A stretch of DNA of 64,000 nt from Spirochaetia bacterium (GTDB taxonomy: Bacteria > Spirochaetota > Spirochaetia > UBA9216): NCBI GenBank assembly GCA_963677925.2, contig CAXXYH010000004.1:1248001-1312000 (forward strand), given 5' to 3'. A program made the translations under genes and the position numbers. Within the stretch, counting starts at the first letter, position 1; each line of letters opens with the position of its first letter. This document shows, in pieces, positions 55,540 to 64,000 of this stretch. The notes under the pieces are model-generated. The model ran no database searches, was not told the DNA's origin, and worked only from the letters and a program-made list of their open reading frames with translations.

Positions 55540-57084
55540 ATGCAAGATATTCTCTTTGACGGAAACTGCTATGTTAAGGCCAGTCCTGAGTCACAGGGCG
55601 TTGAGTCCTCTGCAATACAGAATTTTCTGGATGCTGCCCGTGAGCACCGTATTGATCTTCATGCACTATATATTTTCAGGCATGGATATAACCTTGCCGC
55701 AGGCGTTGCCGCCCCCTGTGAGAAGGATGCTTATCATAGAATTTATTCAGCAGCCAAAGTTATTACGGGTATTGCGGCGCTGTTCGCGATTCAGGAAGGT
55801 TTGATTTCGTTTGAAGATAAACTTATTGACTTTTTTCCTGATGAAATCCCCGCTGAACTCAATGATAATATAAAGGCTGTTAATATTTACCACTTGCTGA
55901 CGATGAGTATCGGTCAGACTGATGATGCATTTCCGAAGATGATTCAGGAAAACAGGAACTGCATTCCAAGCTTCTTTGAGAAGCCGTTTGTTCGAAAACC
56001 CGGAACGGTATTTATGTATAATAACGCTGTCCCTCACGTTCTTAATATGATTATTGAGAGGGTTTCCGGTGTGGATTACATGGAATATTTACGGCCTAGA
56101 TTTTTTGAACCGGTCGGGTGCAAATATCTTGTTCAGGAGACCCTGGACGGCGAGAAGGAATCAGCTACCTGTGTCTGTACACCTGACAGTCTGGTAAGAA
56201 CTACTCTGTTTCTGGCACAGAGAGGTATGTGGGGCGGTAGGCAGCTTATCAAGCCTGAATTAATAGATATGCTCGGAGAAAGCCAGATCCCCTCTGTTTC
56301 AGTCGATTATCCTTTCAACAGTCCATCGCATGGCTACGGCTACGGTTTCCAGGTATGGAGAAATAATTTCGGCGGGTATCGAATCTCCGGCGGGAGGGGG
56401 CAGTATGGAATCGTAATTCCGGAACTGGATCTGGTTATTGTCGCCATGGCCTGGGAGTCAAGCAGTGCATTGATACCGGAGCTTCTGGCTGAGCATATAA
56501 TAAGCAGAATGTACGGTGCGCCTGTTGAAGAAAATGAAGAAAATAAACAGTCATATTTAAGCCTGTCTCAGCAGCTTGAAGAATGGAGTCTTGGACCTTG
56601 CGGGCTTTCGGCAAGTTCAGCAAAATCGGGAAAATTTTCCAGGCAGTCCTTCCTTCTTGAGAAAAGTGTATACCAAATGGAGAAAATAAGGTTTGATTTC
56701 AGTCAGGCGCTGCCTGAAATACGTATCAGTACTGAAGGTAATGAGCTTGTTTTTAAATGCGGTTTAGACTGCAAATGGAACATTAACCCGGACTCTGAAT
56801 TTATCAGGATGCCGCCGCGCAGGAATGAACATATGCCTGTAAATTACGGATATAAAACTAAAGAAGTCTACTTGACCGGCGGCTGGGAGGATGATGATAT
56901 CTTTGTATTTCAGGTGCGTACCAATTACTGTATGTCATATGATACATTCACCTGCCGATTCAGGGGAACTTCATTAACTGTGACGGTCGTCAATGCTGAA
57001 AGAGCGCAGGGAGAGTTCCGGAAAGTTGATGAAAAAATGATAGATGCTCCCCCTGTTACTGTTATAAATGGAAGGAAAATATAA
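55540..57084 (+). CDS. Serine hydrolase, beta-lactamase class C/family VIII esterase-like
   Basis: YSAAK (SxxK), HLLTMS, PGTVFMYNN (YxN), YGFQVW, GRGGQY; no signal peptide. Confidence 0.87.
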   Translation: MQDILFDGNCYVKASPESQGVESSAIQNFLDAAREHRIDLHALYIFRHGYNLAAGVAAPCEKDAYHRIYSAAKVITGIAALFAIQEGLISFEDKLIDFFPDEIPAELNDNIKAVNIYHLLTMSIGQTDDAFPKMIQENRNCIPSFFEKPFVRKPGTVFMYNNAVPHVLNMIIERVSGVDYMEYLRPRFFEPVGCKYLVQETLDGEKESATCVCTPDSLVRTTLFLAQRGMWGGRQLIKPELIDMLGESQIPSVSVDYPFNSPSHGYGYGFQVWRNNFGGYRISGGRGQYGIVIPELDLVIVAMAWESSSALIPELLAEHIISRMYGAPVEENEENKQSYLSLSQQLEEWSLGPCGLSASSAKSGKFSRQSFLLEKSVYQMEKIRFDFSQALPEIRISTEGNELVFKCGLDCKWNINPDSEFIRMPPRRNEHMPVNYGYKTKEVYLTGGWEDDDIFVFQVRTNYCMSYDTFTCRFRGTSLTVTVVNAERAQGEFRKVDEKMIDAPPVTVINGRKI

Positions 57085-57107
57085 TTTTTAAGTTCTATCT
57101 ATTCTAT

Positions 57108-57154
57108 AAAAAGGCCTGAGTATCCATATTTATGAAACTCAGGCCTTCTTTTTT
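57108..57154. terminator. Bidirectional terminator between convergent hydrolase genes
   Basis: AAGGCCTGAGT/ACTCAGGCCTT stem flanked by A- and T-runs. Confidence 0.8.
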
Positions 57155-57179
57155 GGATCAGCTGGTTTTTCAGCAGGTT

Positions 57180-58700
57180 TCAGTCGTTTTTTAATCCTTT
57201 AAGACCGCAGTCTGCAAGATATCTGACAAATGGTGATATGGGTATTTCCATCATATCGTTATTACCGCCGAATTCCATAGCTAAAGGCTGCTGCTCTGTG
57301 AACGGAGACCATTGCGGATGTATTGGGCTGTTCGGGTCGCCGCTCTTCATGAAATTACACCAGGTATCCGACATTCTCATAGACAGTTCGTAGTCTTCTC
57401 CGGTGTATCTGCGATCCATATGATGGAAGCTTTCATTTATGTATGGGTGTTCAGCTCCGTGATAAGCACCGTTCAGACCGGGGGGTGTCTGATTGAACCA
57501 GTACTGATATGCAAGACGGCTGCGTCCGATTCGCTCCTGATTGATGCAGAAAGCGAGAGAGCCTGCGAGCATATAGTTTCTTATATAGTTTCGATTATGC
57601 TGGACAAGGCTTGGTACGTCGGTTATTCCGGCGGCATTCAGGTAATCACCGGTTTCATCGCCGTAGGTTTCCCGTGTCGCTTCAATAAAAGCGTTGTAAT
57701 CAGGATTCTGGTCCAGAGGGTAGAGTCCGTCCTCATCCGATGTCGAGCCAATCATATATGCTATATCATGATGGTGACCGCTTCGGATACATTCAACAGG
57801 AGATTCAGGAGATAGGTACCCGTCTACAAGCGGTGTGAATACGATGCGTGCTCCAATCTTCAGTTTGAAATGAGTGGTGAACAGGTTGAGAACTTTTGCA
57901 GGATCCATCTCCCGTGCTTCTTCAATAGAGACGATACCTGCCGATTTGAACAGCTCAAGACCCTCTCTTTCTCCGTCTTCAATGGTCTTTCTCATGCCGC
58001 CATGAAGATAGCTCAGACCGCTTCCGCTCATCATTATGGCTCTTTTAACGATTCCCTTTGTGAGGGGGGTAGTTACCATGCTTCGAACACAGTCGCCGCC
58101 GGCTGACTGGCCGAAGATTGATATGCTGTCGGGATCTCCGCCGAAATTACTGATATTTCGGTTAATCCACTGCAGTGCTGCAACCATATCCAGTGTTCCG
58201 TAGGAGCCTGATGTGGCATTCGATGATTCTTTGGTAAGATCCGGGTGTGCGAAATACCCAAACAGGTTTACACGATAATTAAAATTAACATAGACCATAT
58301 CCCGTCGGGCAAAGGCTTCACCGTTCATTGCGAGGGTATGGCTGTAGCCCTGACGCATTCCACCTCCGAACATATATACTGCTACAGGAAGTTTGTCCTC
58401 TGTGGACTGGGCCGGAGTCCAGATGTTCAGGTAGAGGCAGTCCTCGCTCATCGGCCAGTCTATCTCCTTTCTCCTCTGCATGTCATTTGTTTTATATCTG
58501 GGCGGCTGGAAGGGGATCGGTGCGAAATTGACTGCCTGACGAATGCCGTCCCATTTTTCAACAGGCTGGGGTTCGGTCCATCTTTTTTTTCCTACCGGCG
58601 GAGCTGCGTAGGGGACTCCTCTGAATACGCTGATTGTATGATTGGAGGAGGGGATGCCTTCTACTATGCCGCCTTCGGTTTTTGCTCTTAAAATTGCCAT
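57180..58700 (-). CDS. Type B carboxylesterase (p-nitrobenzyl esterase-like)
   Basis: FRGVPYAAPPVG, SEDCLYLNIWTP, FGGDP, GQSAGG, GAYHGAE; AAGGAG RBS before 58700. Confidence 0.92.
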   Translation of the reverse strand: MAILRAKTEGGIVEGIPSSNHTISVFRGVPYAAPPVGKKRWTEPQPVEKWDGIRQAVNFAPIPFQPPRYKTNDMQRRKEIDWPMSEDCLYLNIWTPAQSTEDKLPVAVYMFGGGMRQGYSHTLAMNGEAFARRDMVYVNFNYRVNLFGYFAHPDLTKESSNATSGSYGTLDMVAALQWINRNISNFGGDPDSISIFGQSAGGDCVRSMVTTPLTKGIVKRAIMMSGSGLSYLHGGMRKTIEDGEREGLELFKSAGIVSIEEAREMDPAKVLNLFTTHFKLKIGARIVFTPLVDGYLSPESPVECIRSGHHHDIAYMIGSTSDEDGLYPLDQNPDYNAFIEATRETYGDETGDYLNAAGITDVPSLVQHNRNYIRNYMLAGSLAFCINQERIGRSRLAYQYWFNQTPPGLNGAYHGAEHPYINESFHHMDRRYTGEDYELSMRMSDTWCNFMKSGDPNSPIHPQWSPFTEQQPLAMEFGGNNDMMEIPISPFVRYLADCGLKGLKND

Positions 58701-58889
58701 AGAATGGTCTCCTTTTTTTACTGTTAGTATGTCTATATAAAACTGACCGCGTTCCAAAAATGAACGTGGTTCGATAAGTAGTATAGGGTATGAAATTGTA
58801 TATGTCTACATAAAGTTGAGATATGAAATGGCAGTTATCTCAATTTGTAATTTTTGTCCAGAGTCCGGATAATGTAAACTTATTATTTC

Positions 58890-58951
58890 TTGACAATAAA
58901 TTTTTTAAAGTTTATCCTTGAAAAGTTCTAAATATGAATTGAGTTCAGATT
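58890..58951 (+). promoter_or_regulatory. tetR promoter plus operator-like palindrome
   Basis: TTGACA-17 bp-TATCCT then AATATGAA-TTGAG-TTCAGATT (58931-58951); same geometry as the oppA promoter. Confidence 0.7.
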
Positions 58952-58995
58952 AATTGAAAGAGATGTATAAACGAAATTATTAAAAAGAGGGTATT

Positions 58996-59601
58996 ATGAA
59001 GTCTCAACGGCAGCATATGACACATCAGCAGATGAAAGCTCAGGAAACAAAAGAACTGATCTGGAAAACCGCTGAAGGTCTTATTAATAAAATGGGAACA
59101 GAGAAGGTAACCATTAAGGAAATTTGCAGGACTGCAAATGTATCTGTCGGGACGTTTTATTATCACTATAAATCAAAAGTAGATATATTGCTTGATCACA
59201 GAGATGTTCTGGACAAGGTTTTTCTTGAATGGATTGAGAAGGAATTTAAGCCTGAATCAGTTGTGGATTGTTTTATGCAGTTCTGGCTTTACTATGCCAG
59301 GCAGAATGAAACAATTGGTCCCGGACTGGAAACACGAATTGTGATGCACAAGCAGGCAAGAGACGATGAAAGAAAGCGTCAGCAATTCCTCAGCTGGATG
59401 GACAACTACATTGAAGAAAAGCAGAAAGAACACAAAGTAAAAGATGATAAACCGGCACGTGAGATTACTGACCTTTTTTATATTGTTTTACGCGGGTTTA
59501 TTTTTGAATGGTGTGTACGTTACAAAGATGATATGAGCCTTGTTGAAATGGTGAAAGACGGAATCATACCTTATATTGACTATTTTGTGTTAGAAAAGTA
59601 A
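58996..59601 (+). CDS. TetR/AcrR family transcriptional regulator
   Basis: VTIKEICRTANVSVGTFYYHYKSK HTH. Confidence 0.93.
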   Translation: MKSQRQHMTHQQMKAQETKELIWKTAEGLINKMGTEKVTIKEICRTANVSVGTFYYHYKSKVDILLDHRDVLDKVFLEWIEKEFKPESVVDCFMQFWLYYARQNETIGPGLETRIVMHKQARDDERKRQQFLSWMDNYIEEKQKEHKVKDDKPAREITDLFYIVLRGFIFEWCVRYKDDMSLVEMVKDGIIPYIDYFVLEK

Positions 59602-59939
59602 GAAAAGTATTTTTTAGCTGCCTCTGTCTCCCTCTTTTTCCATAATTGTACAACTGGGAAGTGTGAGCTTCAATAGCTTGTTTGTGATTTAAAACCGAAT
59701 AACATTCATAAAAAGAATTAGAAGATTGTATGCATATAGAACAGCAATAAAAATCTAAAAATGCTCATATTTAAGGCCAAATATACTCAAAAATGCTGGT
59801 TTTTGGGGTTGTTGACGATGATCTCATGAAAAAATCTTGACAACACGAAGATCTAAGGTATTATTATCTGTATAAACTGAATCTAATTCAGAAATAGAAT
59901 AAGCACCAATAATGTTACAGGTAAAGGCAGGTTGTTTTA

Positions 59940-60884
59940 ATGCTATTATTTATTACTAAGCGGTTGCTCTGGCTTATTCCAATTCTAATAGGCGTTTCAA
60001 TTCTTATTTTTGTCATAACAAGTTTTACGCCCGGAGACCCGGTCCGTATCATGCTTGGAGCTATGGCCACAGAAGATCAGATGGATGCAGCCAGGGAAGA
60101 GTTGGGATTGAATGACCCTCTCATAATCCAGTACTTCAATTACATGAAAAGTCTGATTCTTGAGGGAGAACTGGGCATATCCTATGTTACTCATGAAAGT
60201 GTTATGACCGAAGTTCTGCACAGGCTTCCATATACACTCATCATTGCTCTGGTCAGTCTGGTTATCACAATAATCGCCGGTATACCTCTGGGGGTTCTTG
60301 CCGCTGTGAATCAGTTTACATGGAAAGACAGTGCGGCCATGTTTGTTTCAATGGTCATGGTTGCAATACCCGATTTCTGGCTGGCACTGAACTTTGTTCT
60401 TCTGTTCAGTCTTACATTGGGCTGGCTTCCGGCGGTAGGAGTAGGCAGCTGGCTGAATTACATCATGCCCTGTCTTGCTATATCAATGCATGGAATAGCA
60501 ACCATAACACGACAGACAAGGTCAAGTGTACTTGAAGTTATCCGTCAGGATTATATCACTACTGCACGGGCAAAAGGACTGAGCCGACGTGATGTAATCT
60601 ATAAGCATACACTCAAGAATGCACTTATCCCGATAATAATGACTATTGGCGGCGGAATAGCCATGCGGCTTGGCGGCGCTCTTATTGCCGAAACTATCTT
60701 CTCTATACCTGGAATGGGTGTTTACATGATGGGAGCTATCCGGGCAAGGGATTATCCGATAATCCGGGGATCTGCACTTGTTATAAGCGTCTGGTTCTGT
60801 CTTGTAATGCTGCTTGTCGACATTGTTTTTGCTCTGGTCGATCCTCGTATCAGGGTTCAATTCGTAAAAAAGGGGAATAAGTAA
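59940..60884 (+). CDS. Opp/Dpp ABC permease (OppB-like)
   Basis: TPGDPV, TRSSVLEVIRQDYITTARAKG, DPRIR. Confidence 0.93.
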   Translation: MLLFITKRLLWLIPILIGVSILIFVITSFTPGDPVRIMLGAMATEDQMDAAREELGLNDPLIIQYFNYMKSLILEGELGISYVTHESVMTEVLHRLPYTLIIALVSLVITIIAGIPLGVLAAVNQFTWKDSAAMFVSMVMVAIPDFWLALNFVLLFSLTLGWLPAVGVGSWLNYIMPCLAISMHGIATITRQTRSSVLEVIRQDYITTARAKGLSRRDVIYKHTLKNALIPIIMTIGGGIAMRLGGALIAETIFSIPGMGVYMMGAIRARDYPIIRGSALVISVWFCLVMLLVDIVFALVDPRIRVQFVKKGNK

Positions 60885-60890
60885 ACAACG

Positions 60891-61760
60891 ATGAAAATTA
60901 ATAATTCAAACTCCAAAGGTGAGAGTCAGTTTCATGAAACATTATATCGTCTTACCAGGAATAAATTAGCTGTTATCGGATTTGCCTATATTATCTTCAT
61001 GCTTCTGGTAGCTTTATTTGCTCCGGTCATAGCACCGTATGATTATGTTGAACAGGATTATGAGCATATTTTTGAAGCTCCAAGCAGCCAGCATCTACTG
61101 GGAACTGATAACCTTGGACGTGATGTATTAAGCCGGCTTATATGGGGTTCAAGGCAGTCATTGCAGATAGCCTTCCTCACAGTTTTTATTGCTGCAGCAA
61201 TAGGTATAGTTGTAGGTTCGATCGCCGGCTATTACGGCGGTCTTCCGGACAGTCTGTTGATGCGTTTTCTGGATATCTATCAATCGATACCGGTTATGAT
61301 TTTATCTATAGCCCTGGCAACAGCACTTGGCCCGGGAGTTCTTAATACAATTATTGCTGTCTCTATTACTATCAGCCCTCTTTTTGCAAGAATGATGCGT
61401 GCTTCAATCATGCGTGTAAGTAAAATGGAATATATAGAAGCTGCAGTAGCGATAAATGCAAAGAATCCCCGAATAATCTGGGATCACGCGCTTCCTAATG
61501 CTTTTTCTCCTATGATAGTCCTTTGTACTATGAGCTTCGGTCAGTCCATGCTGGTCGCGGCAACACTGAGCTTTATTGGTCTGGGCGCTCAGCCTCCTTC
61601 ACCGGAATGGGGAGCGATGCTCACTTCTGCCAGGGGATTTATTCGTGATTATCCATATCTCATCACCTCTCCCGGAGTCTGCATTTTTCTCGGCGTTTTA
61701 TCCTTTAACATGATGGGTGACGGGCTTCGCGATGCCCTTGACCCGCACCTGAAAAACTAG
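60891..61760 (+). CDS. Opp/Dpp ABC permease (OppC-like)
   Basis: HLLGTDNLGRD, PEWGAML, GDGLRDALDP. Confidence 0.93.
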   Translation: MKINNSNSKGESQFHETLYRLTRNKLAVIGFAYIIFMLLVALFAPVIAPYDYVEQDYEHIFEAPSSQHLLGTDNLGRDVLSRLIWGSRQSLQIAFLTVFIAAAIGIVVGSIAGYYGGLPDSLLMRFLDIYQSIPVMILSIALATALGPGVLNTIIAVSITISPLFARMMRASIMRVSKMEYIEAAVAINAKNPRIIWDHALPNAFSPMIVLCTMSFGQSMLVAATLSFIGLGAQPPSPEWGAMLTSARGFIRDYPYLITSPGVCIFLGVLSFNMMGDGLRDALDPHLKN

Positions 61761-61772
61761 GGCGGCAGCAAT

Positions 61773-62753
61773 ATGAAAGAAACAACAAAGAATATACTGG
61801 ATATCAAAGATCTATATGTGCACTATACTGCATATAAAAATGTTATCAGGGCGGTAAACGGAGTAAGTCTTTCTCTGAAGCGGGGAAAGAGTCTGGGCCT
61901 TGTAGGTGAAACCGGAGCCGGTAAAACAACGATTGCAAAGGCTGTTATGGGTATTCTGCCTGACCGTCAGGCTCGTATCCCCGGCGGAGTTATCGAATTT
62001 GACGGTGAAGATCTGCTGAAATACACAGAAAAGAAAATGGAAAAAGTTCGGGGTAATAAAATCTCCATGGTTTTTCAGGATCCCATGACTGCATTAAATC
62101 CGATAGAGAAAGTTGGAGATCAGATTGCCGAGACTATTCGTAATCATAACAAAATATCCAAAACCGAGGCTGAGAAGCAGGCTATAGATATCCTCGAAAT
62201 GGTCGGAATTCCAGGCGACCGTTACAGCGAGTATCCGCACCAGTTTTCAGGCGGAATGAAACAGCGGGTTGTAATTGCAATAGCCCTGGCCTGTAAGCCG
62301 GAGCTCCTGATTGCGGATGAACCTACGACTGCCCTTGATGTCACTATCCAGGCCCAGGTTTTAAGGATGCTGGCCAAGCTGAAAAATGAGCTTCAGACTT
62401 CGGTTATAATGATAACCCACGATCTGGGGATAGTTGCAGAAATGTGCGACGATGTTGCAGTTGTCTATGCCGGTGAGATTGTTGAAATTGGACCTGTTGA
62501 AAGTATTTTCGATCATGCAAGCCATCCCTATACAATCGGACTTTTTAACTCACTTCCGGATTTGAAATCAAAAGAAGCCCGTTTAAAACCAATAAAGGGC
62601 TTAATGCCCGATCCTGCCAATTTACCTGAAGGCTGTAAATTTCACGACCGCTGTCCGAATGCAGATGAAGAGTGCAGAAAAAAATCTCCTAACACAATTG
62701 AATTGACGCCGGGACATTTTGTGATGTGCATGAAAGTGAAGGAGGAAAAATAG
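61773..62753 (+). CDS. Opp/Dpp ABC ATP-binding protein (OppD-like)
   Basis: GETGAGKT, YPHQFSGGMKQR, HPYT. Confidence 0.93.
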   Translation: MKETTKNILDIKDLYVHYTAYKNVIRAVNGVSLSLKRGKSLGLVGETGAGKTTIAKAVMGILPDRQARIPGGVIEFDGEDLLKYTEKKMEKVRGNKISMVFQDPMTALNPIEKVGDQIAETIRNHNKISKTEAEKQAIDILEMVGIPGDRYSEYPHQFSGGMKQRVVIAIALACKPELLIADEPTTALDVTIQAQVLRMLAKLKNELQTSVIMITHDLGIVAEMCDDVAVVYAGEIVEIGPVESIFDHASHPYTIGLFNSLPDLKSKEARLKPIKGLMPDPANLPEGCKFHDRCPNADEECRKKSPNTIELTPGHFVMCMKVKEEK

Positions 62754-63710
62754 ATGTCGACCTTACTTGAGGTGCAGAACCTTAAAAAATATTTTAAGTT
62801 CAAACATGGATGGCTTCAGGCTGTTGATGGAATCAGTTTTAAACTGGAAAAGGGAAAAACTCTTGGAGTAGTAGGTGAGTCCGGATGCGGTAAGTCTACC
62901 CTCGGAAGAACAATTCTTCACCTGCTCAATAAAACTGAAGGAGAAATAATATTCGACGGTGAAAATATTTCCCAGCCCAGCGCGTCTAAGCTGAAGGAAT
63001 TCAGAGAGAATGCACAGATTATTTTTCAGGATCCGTATTCATCACTGGATCCCAGAAAAACAGTCAGCAAGATCATCATGGAGCCCCTGGCTCTGACAAA
63101 AAGAATGTCAAAGCCTGAGATGACCAAAAGGGTTGCTGAAATTATGGAAACGGTTGGACTTGCTTCAAGATTTGCAAATTCATATCCGCATGAATTGGAT
63201 GGAGGACGGCGTCAGAGGATTGGTGTTGCAAGAGCTCTTGCCCTTGATCCGAAGTTTATCGTATGCGATGAACCGGTCTCTGCTCTTGATGTTTCTGTGC
63301 AGGCTCAGATTCTGAATCTGCTCATGGACCTTCAGCAGGATCGCGGTCTCACCTACATTTTTGTTACACATGATCTCTCTGTTGTTAAACACATCTCAGA
63401 TGAAATTCTTGTTATGTACCTGGGAAAGATGATAGAGAAGGCGGAAACCGAAGAACTCTTTGAGAATCCGCTTCATCCTTATACCAAGGCTCTGTTGTCT
63501 GCAATCCTGGTTCCTGATGTTCACGCCAAAAAGGACCATATCATTCTGGAGGGTGAGATAAAGTCGCCAATTAATCTTGGTGATGAGTGCAGGTTTGCTC
63601 CCAGGTGCATTTATGCAAAAGAAGAATGTAAACAAGCTCAGAAGCTTGAAGAAATTAAGCCCGGACATTTTATTTCCTGCTGCAGAGCAAGGGAATTAAA
63701 TAATCTTTAA
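62754..63710 (+). CDS. Opp/Dpp ABC ATP-binding protein (OppF-like)
   Basis: GESGCGKST, YPHELDGGRRQR. Confidence 0.93.
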   Translation: MSTLLEVQNLKKYFKFKHGWLQAVDGISFKLEKGKTLGVVGESGCGKSTLGRTILHLLNKTEGEIIFDGENISQPSASKLKEFRENAQIIFQDPYSSLDPRKTVSKIIMEPLALTKRMSKPEMTKRVAEIMETVGLASRFANSYPHELDGGRRQRIGVARALALDPKFIVCDEPVSALDVSVQAQILNLLMDLQQDRGLTYIFVTHDLSVVKHISDEILVMYLGKMIEKAETEELFENPLHPYTKALLSAILVPDVHAKKDHIILEGEIKSPINLGDECRFAPRCIYAKEECKQAQKLEEIKPGHFISCCRARELNNL

Positions 63711-63753
63711 TTGTATTCTACAGGGTCTGAAGCCCTGAAAAAGGAGAAGATTT

Positions 63754-64000
63754 ATGAAAAGAAACGTGTTTATTGTTTTGCTGCTGATTTCTGCCGTAGC
63801 GCTTTTTGCAAGAGGTCAGAATGAAGCTTCCGGAGAAATGGAAGGTCAGGTTCAGGATACGCTGAATATTGCTATCAAGACTGACAGGGGTACTATGGCT
63901 CCTGTATGGGCTTCGCAGTATCAGGGTTACTGTGTTTTTGAGACACTTTATAAACTGAATGCTGAAACAAATGAGTTTATTCCATTGATTGCCGAATCAC
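63754..64000 (+). CDS. Opp/Dpp substrate-binding protein, N-terminal part (truncated by the window edge; absent from the ORF track)
   Basis: AAGGAG RBS; MKRNVFIVLLLISAVALFARGQNE...DTLNIAI...VFETLY...PLIAES; same BCDFA order as the first opp operon. Confidence 0.85.
   Translation, partial: MKRNVFIVLLLISAVALFARGQNEASGEMEGQVQDTLNIAIKTDRGTMAPVWASQYQGYCVFETLYKLNAETNEFIPLIAES

Noticed and set aside
55540-57084. Beta-lactam resistance gene
   Set aside because: SxxK/YxN fold but no signal peptide, an extra C-terminal domain and esterase neighbours; more likely a family VIII esterase or amidase.
24810-64000. Intact integrative element or prophage at tRNA-Leu
   Set aside because: No integrase, transposase, conjugation or phage gene recognised; the only tRNA-end copy I saw is 203 bp downstream.

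Overview
Bacterial chromosomal window, most likely from a free-living spirochaete: the 16S gene carries the GCAGCTAAGAAT signature and the solute-binding proteins have spirochaete-style leaders. In order it contains: an L-arabinose locus (3' end of araA, a YtfQRT/YjfF-type sugar ABC transporter, a binding protein/YesM/YesN-type sensing module, araD) and a GNAT; a complete rrn operon (16S, tRNA-Ile, 23S, 5S) with tandem promoters; an AT-rich block (orphan HisKA_2 kinase, lipoprotein, lysophospholipase-like hydrolase, membrane protein); hppA with three uncharacterised genes; and tRNA-Leu(GAG). About 39 kb of catabolic genes follow: a DapA-like/SerA-like/FadR unit, a sigma54 activator facing an operon with a 1101-aa double-hydrolase fusion, an Opp transporter and an esterase, a probable D-apiose transketolase pathway, and a candidate TetR regulon (GH3, CapA-like protein, two serine hydrolases, two more Opp systems). 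The most unusual signals are (1) ~200-bp hairpin-rich non-coding cassettes behind both the 5S and tRNA-Leu genes that duplicate the RNA gene's 3' end and carry an inverted copy of part of it, (2) the CocE/esterase fusion with non-canonical catalytic motifs and a ~40-aa module shared with its operon partner, and (3) a TGAA-N5-TTCA motif at five promoters. No CRISPR array, integrase or transposase was recognised. All calls come from motif recognition by eye; no database search was run.
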